A stretch of DNA of 64,000 nt from Planctomycetota bacterium (GCA_965223545.1 OZ245006.1:2016001-2080000); one strand, 5' to 3'. Positions 37,120-47,823 are shown, counted from the stretch's first letter. The notes: generated by a model from the letters alone, not told the origin. Translations and numbers: made by a program.

Positions 37120-38481
37120 TCACCGCGCGCCTACGATCACGGCCAACCCGTTCGAGACGGTGGCCGCCCCCGGAATGAGCCCTTGCAGGTAGAGGGTCGT
37201 GCCCAGCAGTGCAGGGTCGTCGGGGATCAACACCGAGAATTGTGCGGCCCCGGCAACACTCGCCATCGGTACCGCGGCCTCGGCGCTGGTCAGCAGCCAG
37301 CAGCCCGGCATCCCCGCGAAGCCGAGCTCGAGGGGCAGCGAGCGAGAGCCAATGCGCGTGTTGAACCTTCCAAGCGCGAGCACGGCAGGCACGGTGGTCG
37401 ACAAGCCCGCGAGGTCGACGGCGAGCAGGTCGCCGATCCAAGCCAGACTCGACGACAGGACCGGCGTGCGATCGAAGCCGGGGCATACCGGACCGAATGG
37501 CGTGGAGACGGATGGGTTGACGGGTGCGAGCGTCCAGGTCTCGTCGCTCGGCGCCGGCCCGAAGTCCCCGCCGAACAGGACGCAGCGGCGCCGCGCCGTG
37601 TCGTAGACCAAGCCCGCCACCACCGCCGCGGAACCCTGCCCCACGAGCCGTTCGTTCCAAGATATCCCGTCGAAATCCCACGTATCGCGCCGCAAGCCCG
37701 CCGGAGTGCAGGTTCCCCCACCAAAAAGGACAACGCGTTGGCGAGCGCGGTCGTAGGTCATCGAGAAGTCGGCCCGCGGCGACGGGACCGTCGAGGCCAA
37801 TCGCGTCCAAGTCGCGCCGTCCCACGTCCAGGTGTCCGCCAAGCAGGGTCCACCAACGGTGAGGCCACCGAACACCACGGTCTCAGCCCGCGCTTCGTCG
37901 AACGCCATCGCGAACTGCTGTCGCGGGGGTGGCGCCGCGGCCGGCGCGCGCCGCCGCCAATCGATGCCGTCGTACTCCCAAGTGTCGCCGAGCGAGGGAC
38001 CGCTGGTGCCGCCGAACAGAACCACACAGCGGCGGGCTCGGTCGTAGACCATGCCATGCGCTGAGCGCGCCGGAGGACTGGTCGGCGTCTGCACGCGGGT
38101 CCATTGGTTGCCGTCCCATTCCCAAGTGTCCGAGAAGTATCCGAAGCGATCGCCGCCGAACATCACGGTTCGCCCGCGGTGGGAGTCGTACGCCATCGCC
38201 GCCCAGACGCGACCCGGCGGCGCGTTGGCCGGCGTTCGGTCGCGCCAGCTCTGGCCATCGAACTCCCAGGTGTCCGCGACAAAGCCCGACAAGCCGACGC
38301 CGCCGAATAGGACGACGCGGTCGCGGGCCTCGTCGTAGGCCATTGCGTGGCCAGCGCGGCTGGACGGCGAGGCCCCCGGCGAGAGCCTTGTCCACGCCAG
38401 CTGTGCGTCCGCCGGTCGCGCGAGGCCAAGTGAAAGCGCAATCGCGCAGAAAGAGCTGTAGAAGGGCGGCTGGGATCTCAT
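37120..38481 (-). CDS. Secreted Kelch-like beta-propeller protein with shared C-terminal domain
   Basis: Signal peptide; six repeats of R..HAMAYD..R..VVLFGG..DTWE(W/F)DG..W. Confidence 0.88.
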   Translation of the reverse strand: MRSQPPFYSSFCAIALSLGLARPADAQLAWTRLSPGASPSSRAGHAMAYDEARDRVVLFGGVGLSGFVADTWEFDGQSWRDRTPANAPPGRVWAAMAYDSHRGRTVMFGGDRFGYFSDTWEWDGNQWTRVQTPTSPPARSAHGMVYDRARRCVVLFGGTSGPSLGDTWEYDGIDWRRRAPAAAPPPRQQFAMAFDEARAETVVFGGLTVGGPCLADTWTWDGATWTRLASTVPSPRADFSMTYDRARQRVVLFGGGTCTPAGLRRDTWDFDGISWNERLVGQGSAAVVAGLVYDTARRRCVLFGGDFGPAPSDETWTLAPVNPSVSTPFGPVCPGFDRTPVLSSSLAWIGDLLAVDLAGLSTTVPAVLALGRFNTRIGSRSLPLELGFAGMPGCWLLTSAEAAVPMASVAGAAQFSVLIPDDPALLGTTLYLQGLIPGAATVSNGLAVIVGAR

Positions 38482-38564
38482 GTGGGCTTCCGTCCGGGTG
38501 ACCGAGCGACCTTCCGGCACGGACTAGGACAACATTTCTTGCCCGCCGAGTCGGCTCCGACGGG

Positions 38565-41342
38565 TCAGTGGCGGTCGTTGCCGTTCGCGAGAGCCTTCAG
38601 CGCGGCGCGCCAGACCGCGGCGTCGTCCGGCTTCTCCCAGGCATCGTACAGCGCAATCGCCGCCTCGATCGCCGCCCGCCGACCGCGCGCGCCGGGGGGC
38701 AACAGCTCACACGCCTCGAGCAGAGCTGGCTCGGCCGCGGCGAACTCCCGCCGGCGGAACAGCACGCGCCCCAGCAGCGCTGCCCGTCGCGCGAGAACGT
38801 GGGGCCGCTTCTCGTGCAGGCGCGCTACCGCCAGCGCGCGCCGCGCGGCGGCCTCGGCGTCGGACAGCAGGCCCTGCTCCACCAAGGCCTCGGCCAACGC
38901 CGCGGCCGTGGCCGCAATGGTGCGGTTGTCGGCACCCAGCACCCGCTCTCGCATGGCCAGCGCCTCGCGCGACCGCGATGCGGCGCGGTCGAACTCGCCT
39001 TTCAATCGATAGACAAAGGCCGTGTTGTCGAGACTGAGGGCGACAAAGATGTCGTCGGGTCCAAGCGCGTCCCGCCGAATCGAGAGCGCTTCTTCAGCCA
39101 TCGGCACGGCCTCATCGAGTTTGCCGCGGCGCGCAAGCAGGATGCTGAGGTCATCGAGACACGTGGCGACGTCTTCATGGCGGTCGCCGAACAGGCGTCG
39201 CCGCATCGACAGGCTCTCGCGCACCAGCTGCTCGGCCTCGTCGTGGGCGCCGAGACTAGAGCGCACGGCCGCGAGACCGTCCAACGTGGTCGCCTCCGGC
39301 TGGTTTGGGCCCGCATAGATGCACCGCAACGCGGCAAGTACTTGTCGGTACGCGACCTCCGCTTCGACCAACCGACCGTGCTTGTGCAGCAGCTGGGCCA
39401 CACCGGCCAGCGCTGCGCACGTGTCGGGGTGCTGCTCGCCGCGAATTCCGCGGGCGGCTGCGTGCGCCTGCCGAAACGTGCGCTCCGCCTCGTCGATGTC
39501 GCCACGCGTTTCCAGCACGTGACCCAGCGCGAGCAGGCCGGTCACCCGAGCGGGGTCGTCGCCACCCCGCCGTTCGAGCAGAACAACGGCCTCGCGCGCC
39601 CATGACTCTGCACGCTCGAGGTCGTTCTGGTGGCGAGCGACCTCGGCACGGTGAGAGAGCAGCCGCGCGAACAACACATCCGGCGCGCGGTCGGGCCGCC
39701 GCCAGGTCTCTTCCGCCCGCGTCAGGAACGCGGTGGCCGCCGCGTAGTCGCCGCGAATCGTGTCAATGCGTGCGCGGTCGAGCAGAGCCGTGACGACCAG
39801 ATCGCTGTCGCCGTTGATCGCCTCGGCAGCGGCCAGTGCGGCATCCGCGTGGTGCTCTGCGCGTTCGAACGCAGCAAGGTTGGTGTACGCACGCGCCATG
39901 ATTTGGTGCACCGTTGCCTGTACCTCGCGTTGATCCGAGAGGCGGTCGCCCAGCCCGGCGTCGAAGTCGTCGAGCAGCTGGCGCACGGTGTAGTGCGGGC
40001 CCTCGATCCGGCTCGGGTCTGCGGCGCTCAACATGTCGGTCAACAGCTGCACGACGGTCTCGGCGCGCACCGCGGAAGCCTTGGCTTCGGCCGCTCGTTC
40101 GCTGGCACTCCAGAGCCCCAAGGTGGAAACGACGGTGCCGATCAGCAATGCTGCACCAACAAGCGACCCGGTGAGCACTGCGACGCGATGCCGCCGCACG
40201 TACTTTCGCAGGCGGTAGGCCGCAGTCGGCGGACCCGCGACGAGCGGCTCGTCGCGCAGGTGACGGCGCACGTCGGCGGCGAACGCGCCGGCGCTGTCGT
40301 AGCGCTGCCGGCGGTCCTTCTCGATCGCCTTCATCACGATCCAGTCGAGCTCACCTTCGACCAGCTTGCCGAGTCGCTTGGCGTTGCTGCCACGCTGTTT
40401 CGCGATCGCGCCGAGCTCTTCACCAAGGGCACCGATGCGGGTCGATGGCTTTGGCGGATCCTCTTCGCGAATGACCCGGATCAGCTCGGAGTAGCCGCGC
40501 GGGAGCACGGCGCGCAGTTCGAACGGCTTGGTGCCGGTAACCAGCTCGTAGAGCAGGACTCCCAGTGAATACACGTCGGCGCGCGTGTCGACGTCGAGAT
40601 CGGAGATCTCGGTCTGCTCCGGCGCCATGTACTCCGGGGTTCCCAGAAACACACCGAACTGCGTGAACACGGTCTTCTCGGTCAGCCGTCGCGTGGTGGC
40701 TTTGGCAATGCCGAAGTCGATGACCTTGGGCAGGGGCTCGCCGTCCTGCTGCGTGACCATCACGTTGGACGGTTTGAGGTCACGGTGGATGATGCCCTTC
40801 TGGTGCGCGTGATGGACCGCCTGGCAAACCTGGCAGAACAGCTCGAGACGGCGGCGCGTGGCGAGGTTCTGCTCGTCGCAGTAGCGCGTCATGGGAACGC
40901 CGCGCACCAGCTCCATGGCGAAGTAAGGACGACCCCGATCGGTCGCGCCGGCGTCGAGCACGCGGGCGATGCTGGGGTGATCCATCAGCGCCAGTGCTTG
41001 TCGCTCGACCTCGAAGCGGGCAAGCACCTCGTCGGTGTCCATGCCGAGCTTGACGACCTTGAGTGCGACCTGTCGCCGGATCGGTTCAATCTGCTGCGCC
41101 ATCCACACGGTTCCGAAGCCGCCCTCCCCAATGCGCTGCTGCAACCGATAGTGGCCGATGCGCTCTCCGGGTTGTTCGGCGCGGCGCTCGGACGGAGCGC
41201 GGTCGAGGGCGGCGAGCAGGCTCTCGACCTCGGCACGCTCGGCGGCGGGCTGCTCTGCTAGGAACCGCTCGCGGTCAGCCACGGGTCGCTCGAGCGCCTG
41301 GTAGAAGAGCTGCTTGGCCCGATCCCAAGAGTCCGTCATCAC
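38565..41342 (-). CDS. Ser/Thr protein kinase with TM and TPR repeats
   Basis: IGEGGFGTVW, VALKVVK, HRDLKPSN, IDFGIAKA, GTPEYMAPEQ, DVYSLG; TPR repeats (ALSIRRDALG). Confidence 0.95.
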   Translation of the reverse strand: MMTDSWDRAKQLFYQALERPVADRERFLAEQPAAERAEVESLLAALDRAPSERRAEQPGERIGHYRLQQRIGEGGFGTVWMAQQIEPIRRQVALKVVKLGMDTDEVLARFEVERQALALMDHPSIARVLDAGATDRGRPYFAMELVRGVPMTRYCDEQNLATRRRLELFCQVCQAVHHAHQKGIIHRDLKPSNVMVTQQDGEPLPKVIDFGIAKATTRRLTEKTVFTQFGVFLGTPEYMAPEQTEISDLDVDTRADVYSLGVLLYELVTGTKPFELRAVLPRGYSELIRVIREEDPPKPSTRIGALGEELGAIAKQRGSNAKRLGKLVEGELDWIVMKAIEKDRRQRYDSAGAFAADVRRHLRDEPLVAGPPTAAYRLRKYVRRHRVAVLTGSLVGAALLIGTVVSTLGLWSASERAAEAKASAVRAETVVQLLTDMLSAADPSRIEGPHYTVRQLLDDFDAGLGDRLSDQREVQATVHQIMARAYTNLAAFERAEHHADAALAAAEAINGDSDLVVTALLDRARIDTIRGDYAAATAFLTRAEETWRRPDRAPDVLFARLLSHRAEVARHQNDLERAESWAREAVVLLERRGGDDPARVTGLLALGHVLETRGDIDEAERTFRQAHAAARGIRGEQHPDTCAALAGVAQLLHKHGRLVEAEVAYRQVLAALRCIYAGPNQPEATTLDGLAAVRSSLGAHDEAEQLVRESLSMRRRLFGDRHEDVATCLDDLSILLARRGKLDEAVPMAEEALSIRRDALGPDDIFVALSLDNTAFVYRLKGEFDRAASRSREALAMRERVLGADNRTIAATAAALAEALVEQGLLSDAEAAARRALAVARLHEKRPHVLARRAALLGRVLFRRREFAAAEPALLEACELLPPGARGRRAAIEAAIALYDAWEKPDDAAVWRAALKALANGNDRH

Positions 41343-41343
41343 G

Positions 41344-41907
41344 CTAGCCCAAGGCTCGTTGCAAGAACGCGCGCGCCAGCACCCAGTCGCGGCGCACGGT
41401 GCGGTCGGTGACCCCCAGCGTGGCAGCGATCTCTTGGTCGGAAAGGCCGGCGTAGAAGCGCAGCTTCGCCACCTCCGCCAAGCGGGGGTCTCGCTCTTCT
41501 AGCAACTGCACAGCCTCGTCCACCGCGACGATCTCTTCGAGATCGTCGCGCTGAGCAAGGTCGATGACATCGAGGGGAAGTTGCAACCACTGGCGGCCAC
41601 GCTTCTGCCGGCCCTTCCCGCGGGCGTGGTCGACCAGAATCCGCCGCATCGCCTCGGCCGCCGCGGCAAAGAAGTGGCCCTTGCTGACCAAGTCGCCGTT
41701 GTCTCGGCCGACCAACTTCACGAACGCCTCGTTGACCAGTGCCGTCGGCTGCAGCGTGTGGCCGCCGCGCTCGCCCACCATCTGGTGCTGCGCGATCTGC
41801 CTCAACTGCTCGTACACGAGGGGCAACAACTTGCCAAAGTCCACGTCGTCGCTCTGGAGGATGCGCGAGACCTCGCGCGACGCGCTGTCATCGGGCATGG
41901 GTGACAT
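41344..41907 (-). CDS. ECF sigma factor (TIGR02999-like, kinase-associated)
   Basis: LLPLVYEQLRQIA, HTLQPTALVNEA, HFFAAAAEAMRRILVDHAR, LRFYAGL..RTVRRDW. Confidence 0.93.
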   Translation of the reverse strand: MSPMPDDSASREVSRILQSDDVDFGKLLPLVYEQLRQIAQHQMVGERGGHTLQPTALVNEAFVKLVGRDNGDLVSKGHFFAAAAEAMRRILVDHARGKGRQKRGRQWLQLPLDVIDLAQRDDLEEIVAVDEAVQLLEERDPRLAEVAKLRFYAGLSDQEIAATLGVTDRTVRRDWVLARAFLQRALG

Positions 41908-41965
41908 AGTAGCTCAGCGAACCGCCCGGAGGGGGGCCCTCACGCACTTGTCTTCGGACCTCTGT

Positions 41966-42270
41966 TCACAGCACCGCCCGAATCGGCGGCACGCCGGTCT
42001 TGCCATCGCGTCGCCCCGCCTCGCCGAACCCCCGGGCGCCGCAGTGCGCCTGATGCGCGCGACCGGTGAAGCTACCGCCGCGAACAACGCGCTCGGTGCC
42101 GGTCTCGACCAGCCGCTCGCCGTCGCCATCGCGCACTTCGCCAAAACGCGGCCACAGGTTGGCCGTGCCTCGCAGCGCGGCAGCCGAGGCCCCTGTGGAC
42201 CAGGGAGTGCTGGTTCCCGCCCGGCACGCGCGCCCCCCCACTGGGACTCGCTGGGCAGCTCGAGGCTCGG
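41966..42270 (-). pseudogene. Formylglycine-generating enzyme (FGE-sulfatase) domain remnant
   Basis: LELPSESQW, then a frameshift in a G-run (~42233-42239), then RACRAGTSTPWSTG and RVVRGGSF..CGAR. The internal part is deleted and there is no start. Confidence 0.68.
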
Positions 42271-42395
42271 CGAATGGTGCGATCTACAGCTTCGGCGGCC
42301 AACGGCCACTGCGCAGCCACGCCATAGGCCTCGGTGGAACCGGCGACGTCACCGCCACGCACATCCAATGGAGGCCCCCTCCTGCCGTTACGTGA
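42270..42395 (+). pseudogene. PQQ-like beta-propeller gene fragment
   Basis: NGAIYSFGG..AIGLGGTGDVTATHIQW resembles the planctomycete PQQ-propeller motif AIR.GG.GDVT.TH..W; isolated fragment. Confidence 0.5.
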
Positions 42396-42417
42396 CGACG
42401 CTGCTTTCGAGACGCAG

Positions 42418-43821
42418 TCAGCGATCGCCGTCCAGCCGCCGCACCCGGATCGTGCGGTAGCGCACTTCGTCGCCGTGGTCCTGCAGCGCGATGTGTCCGC
42501 GCTCCGCGGCCGCGAAGCCGGGCATGGTGGCGAACTTGCTCGCCGCGAGCCGGCGTTCCCAGTCCTCGCCCGCCATGCGGGTCTCGATCACGCGCACACC
42601 GTTCAACCAGTGCTCCACGGCGCGGCCGCGCACGACGATGCGCGCGGTGTTGAACTGGCCGGGCGGCCGCAGGACGACGCCCTGCGGCGCGACCAGGCCG
42701 TAGAGCGCGCCCGCCGAGATCGGCTGCTGCCGCGGCGCCTTGCCATCGTCGAGCACCTGGAACTCGGGACCGGTCTTCCAACACGCGTCCTCTGCCTCGG
42801 TGCAGCGGTAGATCACGCCGCTGTTGGCACCCTCGGCGACCGCCCACTCGAACCGCAGCTCGAAGTCGCCGAACTGCTCGCGGGTCACCAGGTCACCGCC
42901 GCCGCCGCCAGCGGCATGGCGCAGACAGCCGTCCTCGACTTGCCAACCCGATGCCGGAAACGCGTCGCGCCGATAGCCGCGCCAAGCCGCGGGGTCGCGA
43001 CCGTCGAACAGCAGCTCGAAGCCCGCCTGCTGCTCCTCGGCGGACAGCCGGTTGGGCACCGTCGCCGGCAGGGTGACGGCGCCGGTGGCCGCCCATTCGG
43101 TCCCGCGGGCGACCAACAGGCGAAACTGCGGATCCAAGAAGGACGCGCGGGTCGCCTCTTGGTTGCGCCAGACATGCCCCAAGGGAGTGTGGAACACGCG
43201 TCCCTCGCCGTGCTGCCGAACCAAGACCATCGGCTCGTACTCGCCCGTGCCGCCGGATTCGCGGGACGACAGCGCGTGTGCCAGCAATCGGTATTCACTG
43301 TCGTGCATGGGCACCAGCCGGTGGTAGAGCTCGTCCGGATGCGCGCGCAGGTCGTCCATGGCGCGGGTGATCGGGTGCTGCCGGTCGATGATCTCGACGT
43401 CGAAGGCGTGGAAGCGGCCGTGACCGGTGCCGCGACGCCAACAGAGCGCGACCATCTCCTCGTACTCCGCCCAACCGGGGAACGGGTTGTTGGCAGCGTG
43501 GATCACGGCCACGCCGAGCCCACTGCGCACCGCCTGCATGAATGCCTGCTCCGCGGCGTCGCCCCAGCGGGGGCCGTTGTAGTCCAGCACGACGGCGGCA
43601 TAGCGCTGCAGGGCGGCCGCATCGGCCAGCGCCTCCGCCGGCTCCGTGGTCACCTCGGCCCGAAACCGGCCGGTCTCCTGGAGCAGCTCCGCCAGCTGCG
43701 GCGCAGTCCACTCGCAATCGTGGTTGTTCTGGCCGGAGACGATGAGGACGTCGAGCACCGCGGCGTCCGATGGCGCTTGGACACCGGCGAGCAAGGTACT
43801 GAAGGCGAGTGCGAGCAACAT
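42418..43821 (-). CDS. Secreted ThuA-like domain + DUF1080 protein
   Basis: Signal peptide; VLIVSGQNNHD, HPIT..DELY, GRVFHTPLGH (ThuA); LLFDG, DFELRFEW, NSGV, GPEFQVLD, GHIALQDHG (DUF1080). Confidence 0.9.
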   Translation of the reverse strand: MLLALAFSTLLAGVQAPSDAAVLDVLIVSGQNNHDCEWTAPQLAELLQETGRFRAEVTTEPAEALADAAALQRYAAVVLDYNGPRWGDAAEQAFMQAVRSGLGVAVIHAANNPFPGWAEYEEMVALCWRRGTGHGRFHAFDVEIIDRQHPITRAMDDLRAHPDELYHRLVPMHDSEYRLLAHALSSRESGGTGEYEPMVLVRQHGEGRVFHTPLGHVWRNQEATRASFLDPQFRLLVARGTEWAATGAVTLPATVPNRLSAEEQQAGFELLFDGRDPAAWRGYRRDAFPASGWQVEDGCLRHAAGGGGGDLVTREQFGDFELRFEWAVAEGANSGVIYRCTEAEDACWKTGPEFQVLDDGKAPRQQPISAGALYGLVAPQGVVLRPPGQFNTARIVVRGRAVEHWLNGVRVIETRMAGEDWERRLAASKFATMPGFAAAERGHIALQDHGDEVRYRTIRVRRLDGDR

Positions 43822-43889
43822 GGGAGACCTCGGAGCGGGTTCTGGCTTTGGCGCACCGCCGGCGCGCGCGACGCACACACCCTAATCGG

Positions 43890-46223
43890 TCACCGCCCCG
43901 ACAGCACGAGCGTGACGGCACCGGTGGCGCCGGCCACCGCGGTCAGCTGCGCCGAGCCCTGCCGCCAGCGGCCGAATCGATCGCGGTGCGCGGCGGTGAT
44001 CCGATACTCGCCCGGCGACAGGTCCGCGACCGCCGCGATGCCGTCTGGTCCGGTGATCCGCACGCGATCGCGGTCGCCACCTGCCAGCGCACGGACGACG
44101 ACCGGGCAGCCCGCCAGCGACGTGCCGAGGTCACCGATCACCGACACCTCGATTCCCGCGCGGGCCTCGAGGACGACGACCGCGCGCGCCGTCTCCGCAT
44201 CCGGCGCGACCACCAATTCGCGCACTCCGACCGGCCCGTCGGGCTGCGAGACTTCGACCGAATAGCGCCCGGCCGGCACGCCGACGAACCGGACATCCCC
44301 GTTCGCGTCCGCGTGCCCGACCGCGTCGACCCCCGGCATGCCGGCGCCCGGCGGCACGCCCCAGAGCTCACCATCGCCGGCGACGACCAGCGGCACGAGC
44401 CGCACCTTTGCCCCGGCCAACGGCGCCGCCGGGCTGCGCCGCACCGCCACCTCGACTGCCGCGACCCGGACCACCGACAGCTCCGCCGGAGTCGCCTCCG
44501 CAGCCACAGCCACCACACGCAGGGCACACACCGGTGCGCCGGGGATGCGGACCGCCGCCACGTAGTCGCCACCGGCCAGCCCACGGAACTCGAAGGCACC
44601 GCCGGCGTCGGTCTGCGCTGAGGGAGCCGGAGCCAACGGACGCAGCGCCTGGACACCGGCGGTGTCGCGCGGCGGCAGCGCCTGCAGTCGCACCGCGGCG
44701 CCGGCGACCGCCACTCCGTCGCTCCGGACCACTCCCGACAGAGTCACCCCCCGCCACGCGCCGACCGGCGGCGAGACCGTGTCGCCCGCCGCCACCGACA
44801 GCCGGTGCACTTCCGCACCCGCGACCCGCCAGCCGCCGTCGGCCGCCGCCAGCACCGCGCCGGGCCGCGCCCGAGCGAAGTCGTATTCCCCGCTGATCAG
44901 CTCCACCGGCCCGTCGCGCCCCACGTCCGCAGTCACCCGCCGCAATGCGCGCCACGGTGCGGCGTCCGCCGGCCCGAGCAACAGCACCTCCGCCGGCGCT
45001 TCCGCGTCGTCGAAGACGGCCGAAAGCGCCACCGAGCCGGTCGCCCGCAGCACCAGTCGCTGCGGACCGACCGGCGAAGTGAGATCCACCGAGCGGACCA
45101 CGGACCGCTCGTCTCCAAGCATGGCGTGCAGGCGCACCCTGGTCTCCGGCAACGCACCGAACACGGCCCGCCCCGCCCCGTCGGTGCGCCTCGCGCGCGG
45201 GCGCTCGTCGGCGGCCGCGGACCCGGCGTCGCCGGGCGGCTGCACGACGACCTCGGCTCCCGACACCGGCACTCCGTTGCGGTCGACCACCTCGATCTCG
45301 AGCCGGGCACCGCGCGCGGCAACCAACCGAACACCGTCGACGACTCCGCCCGCGGCCAGCTCGAACAGCTCTCCGATGACGACGCGATGGTCCTCGCCGC
45401 GCGCCTGCAACCGGATCGCACCGGCAGCAACGGCCGGCAAGACGAAGCCGCCGTCGGCGCCCGTCGACACCTCCTGCACCACCGAGTGAGGAGCGCGATC
45501 AGCGGAGGCGCGCACCACGACCACCTCGCTGCCGGCGAGCGGCGTCCCGTCGCGGCCGACCAACACCCCTTCGATGCGACCGGCCGGCCGCAACTCGATC
45601 TCCAGGCCCGCCACCCGACCCGCGACGTCGCGCAGCTCCACCGACTCGTACCCGGCGCAGCGCACCTCGATCGTGACCGGCACTCCAGCGGGCAGCGGCC
45701 CGACGGAATAGCCGCCCTCGGCATCGGTGAAGGCCACCGCGTCGCGCACCGCCCCGGTCAGCGCGTCGAGCACCGCGATGACCTGCGCACCGGCGATCGG
45801 TGCCCCATTGGGCGTGCGCACCCGGCCGGCGACGTTGCCACCGCGCGGCAGCGTCAGCGACGCCGTGGCGCGCCGCCGCTGCGGCTCGATGTGCACCGTC
45901 GTCTCCGCCGGCAGGTGCCCCTCGGCCTCGCCGTAGACGACGTAGTCGCCCGCCGGCACGCCATCGACGCGGTACGCCCCCTGCGCGTCGGCACGCACCG
46001 AGGCAAACGCCTTGCGGTCTTCGTGGCTGCCGACGCGCAGCACCGCGACCAACTCGATCAGGCCGCCCACGACCGGCTCGCCGCGGTCGTCGAGCAGCTC
46101 GCCGGTGAGCCGCGCGCCCGGCAGCAGACCACGCGCCGCCCCCGGCGCGGGTTCGCCGCCGACCAGCGCGAACAGCAGCGCGCCGACTGCCAACAGCGAG
46201 ACCGCGAGCAGGCCGTTGCGCAT
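43890..46223 (-). CDS. Carboxypeptidase-regulatory-like domain repeat protein
   Basis: N-terminal anchor; repeated G.V....G.P..GA.V...TD..G.F...L..G.Y units. Confidence 0.85.
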   Translation of the reverse strand: MRNGLLAVSLLAVGALLFALVGGEPAPGAARGLLPGARLTGELLDDRGEPVVGGLIELVAVLRVGSHEDRKAFASVRADAQGAYRVDGVPAGDYVVYGEAEGHLPAETTVHIEPQRRRATASLTLPRGGNVAGRVRTPNGAPIAGAQVIAVLDALTGAVRDAVAFTDAEGGYSVGPLPAGVPVTIEVRCAGYESVELRDVAGRVAGLEIELRPAGRIEGVLVGRDGTPLAGSEVVVVRASADRAPHSVVQEVSTGADGGFVLPAVAAGAIRLQARGEDHRVVIGELFELAAGGVVDGVRLVAARGARLEIEVVDRNGVPVSGAEVVVQPPGDAGSAAADERPRARRTDGAGRAVFGALPETRVRLHAMLGDERSVVRSVDLTSPVGPQRLVLRATGSVALSAVFDDAEAPAEVLLLGPADAAPWRALRRVTADVGRDGPVELISGEYDFARARPGAVLAAADGGWRVAGAEVHRLSVAAGDTVSPPVGAWRGVTLSGVVRSDGVAVAGAAVRLQALPPRDTAGVQALRPLAPAPSAQTDAGGAFEFRGLAGGDYVAAVRIPGAPVCALRVVAVAAEATPAELSVVRVAAVEVAVRRSPAAPLAGAKVRLVPLVVAGDGELWGVPPGAGMPGVDAVGHADANGDVRFVGVPAGRYSVEVSQPDGPVGVRELVVAPDAETARAVVVLEARAGIEVSVIGDLGTSLAGCPVVVRALAGGDRDRVRITGPDGIAAVADLSPGEYRITAAHRDRFGRWRQGSAQLTAVAGATGAVTLVLSGR

Positions 46224-46419
46224 CAGGGCAAACGCGGCGAAGAGTCGGACATCCGCCCATCGTGGCGGCTGGGCCCGGGCCGGCGCAAGCGCCGGACGCG
46301 GAGAGCACGCATACGGCCCGCCGTCGGTGCCCGCGGGCTACTGCAGGGCCACCGCGCACCTGCTATCGTCTGCCCCCCATCCGACCCGGAGGACTCCTCC
46401 AGAATCCGAACCTCCCGCC

Positions 46420-47823
46420 ATGCCCCACGGACGCCACCTCTTCCTCGTCGCTCTTCTCGCCAGCACCGCCGCCCCCGGCCAAGTCACCTGGACCCAGCAG
46501 GGCCCCGCGACGCAGCCTTCGGCGCGGTCGATGCACGCGGTCGAGACCATGTCTCGCCACGGCCAAGTCCTCCTGTTCGGCGGCGAGACGACGAACGGTA
46601 GCGGCTATCTCAACGACACGTGGACCTACGCCAACGGCGCCTGGACCCATCTGGTTTCGGCGAGCAGCACCGCCGCGTCGCGGCGCGGTGGCCACGCCAT
46701 GTGCTACGACCTGATCCGCGACCGCGTGGTCCTGTTCTCGGGCTGGGACGGCGCGCGCTACCCGAACGACACCTGGGAGTTCGATCCCGGCACCACCACC
46801 TGGAACAGTCCGGCATCGTCGACCTCGACCGCTCCGCAGGGCCGCGACTGGGGGACGCTCACCTACGACACCGCGCGCCAGGTGAGCGTGCTGTTCGGCG
46901 GCCACGACTGGACCCTGCCGATCAACAAGCTCGACGACACCTGGCTCTGGGACGGCACCACCTGGACGCTCACGACTCCGGCGACGTCTCCGGGCAAGCG
47001 CTTCGGCCACGCCGCCGCCTACGACCCGGGCACCCGCCGCGTCATCATGTTCGGTGGCGCGGTGGACGGCATCGGCATCGCCAACGACACCTGGGCGTGG
47101 GACGGCACCAACTGGCAGCAGCTGGCGCCGGCGCAGTCGCCCCCGGCGCGCGTGTTCCACGCCATGGACTACGACCTGCAGCGCAACCGCATCGTGATGT
47201 TCGGCGGCAACACCAACGGCACGCTGGCCAACGACGTGTGGGAATGGGACGGCTCCAACTGGCTGCCGCGCACGCCGGTCACGCCGTCGCCGACCGCCCG
47301 CTACTTCACCGACATCGCCTTCGATCTGACGTCGATGGAGACCATGCTGTTCGGCGGCTCGACGCAGATCGGCCGCGTCGGCAACGTCAATGACACCTGG
47401 CTGTACGGACCACAGTTTCCGGCCGCGGTGCAACCGTTCGGCAGCGCGTGCGGCGCGCCGGCGCTGAGCTGCGGCCCGCCCGCCTGGCTCGGCTCGGTGT
47501 TCGGTGTCACGGTCAGCGGCGCACCGGCCGGCGCGCCCATCGGCCTGGTCGCCGGGCTGTCCAACACCACCACCTCGGGCGGAGTTCCACTGCCGCTCTC
47601 CCTGCTCTTCTTGGGCATCCCCTGCAACCTTCTGGTGGACCCGGTGCTGAACCTACCACCGGTGGTCGCCCCCACCGGCACCGCCAGCATCAGCTTCCCG
47701 CTGCCGACCTTGCCGACACTCGCCGGCGTCTCGCTCTATACGCAAGCGCTGGTCGTCGACTTCAGCGCCCCCGGCAGCGTCGTGCTGACCGCAGGGTGCG
47801 ATCACTCGCTGGGCGGCCTGTAG
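46420..47823 (+). CDS. Secreted Kelch-like beta-propeller protein with shared C-terminal domain
   Basis: Signal peptide; six repeats with LFGG..NDTW.W motifs. Confidence 0.88.
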   Translation: MPHGRHLFLVALLASTAAPGQVTWTQQGPATQPSARSMHAVETMSRHGQVLLFGGETTNGSGYLNDTWTYANGAWTHLVSASSTAASRRGGHAMCYDLIRDRVVLFSGWDGARYPNDTWEFDPGTTTWNSPASSTSTAPQGRDWGTLTYDTARQVSVLFGGHDWTLPINKLDDTWLWDGTTWTLTTPATSPGKRFGHAAAYDPGTRRVIMFGGAVDGIGIANDTWAWDGTNWQQLAPAQSPPARVFHAMDYDLQRNRIVMFGGNTNGTLANDVWEWDGSNWLPRTPVTPSPTARYFTDIAFDLTSMETMLFGGSTQIGRVGNVNDTWLYGPQFPAAVQPFGSACGAPALSCGPPAWLGSVFGVTVSGAPAGAPIGLVAGLSNTTTSGGVPLPLSLLFLGIPCNLLVDPVLNLPPVVAPTGTASISFPLPTLPTLAGVSLYTQALVVDFSAPGSVVLTAGCDHSLGGL

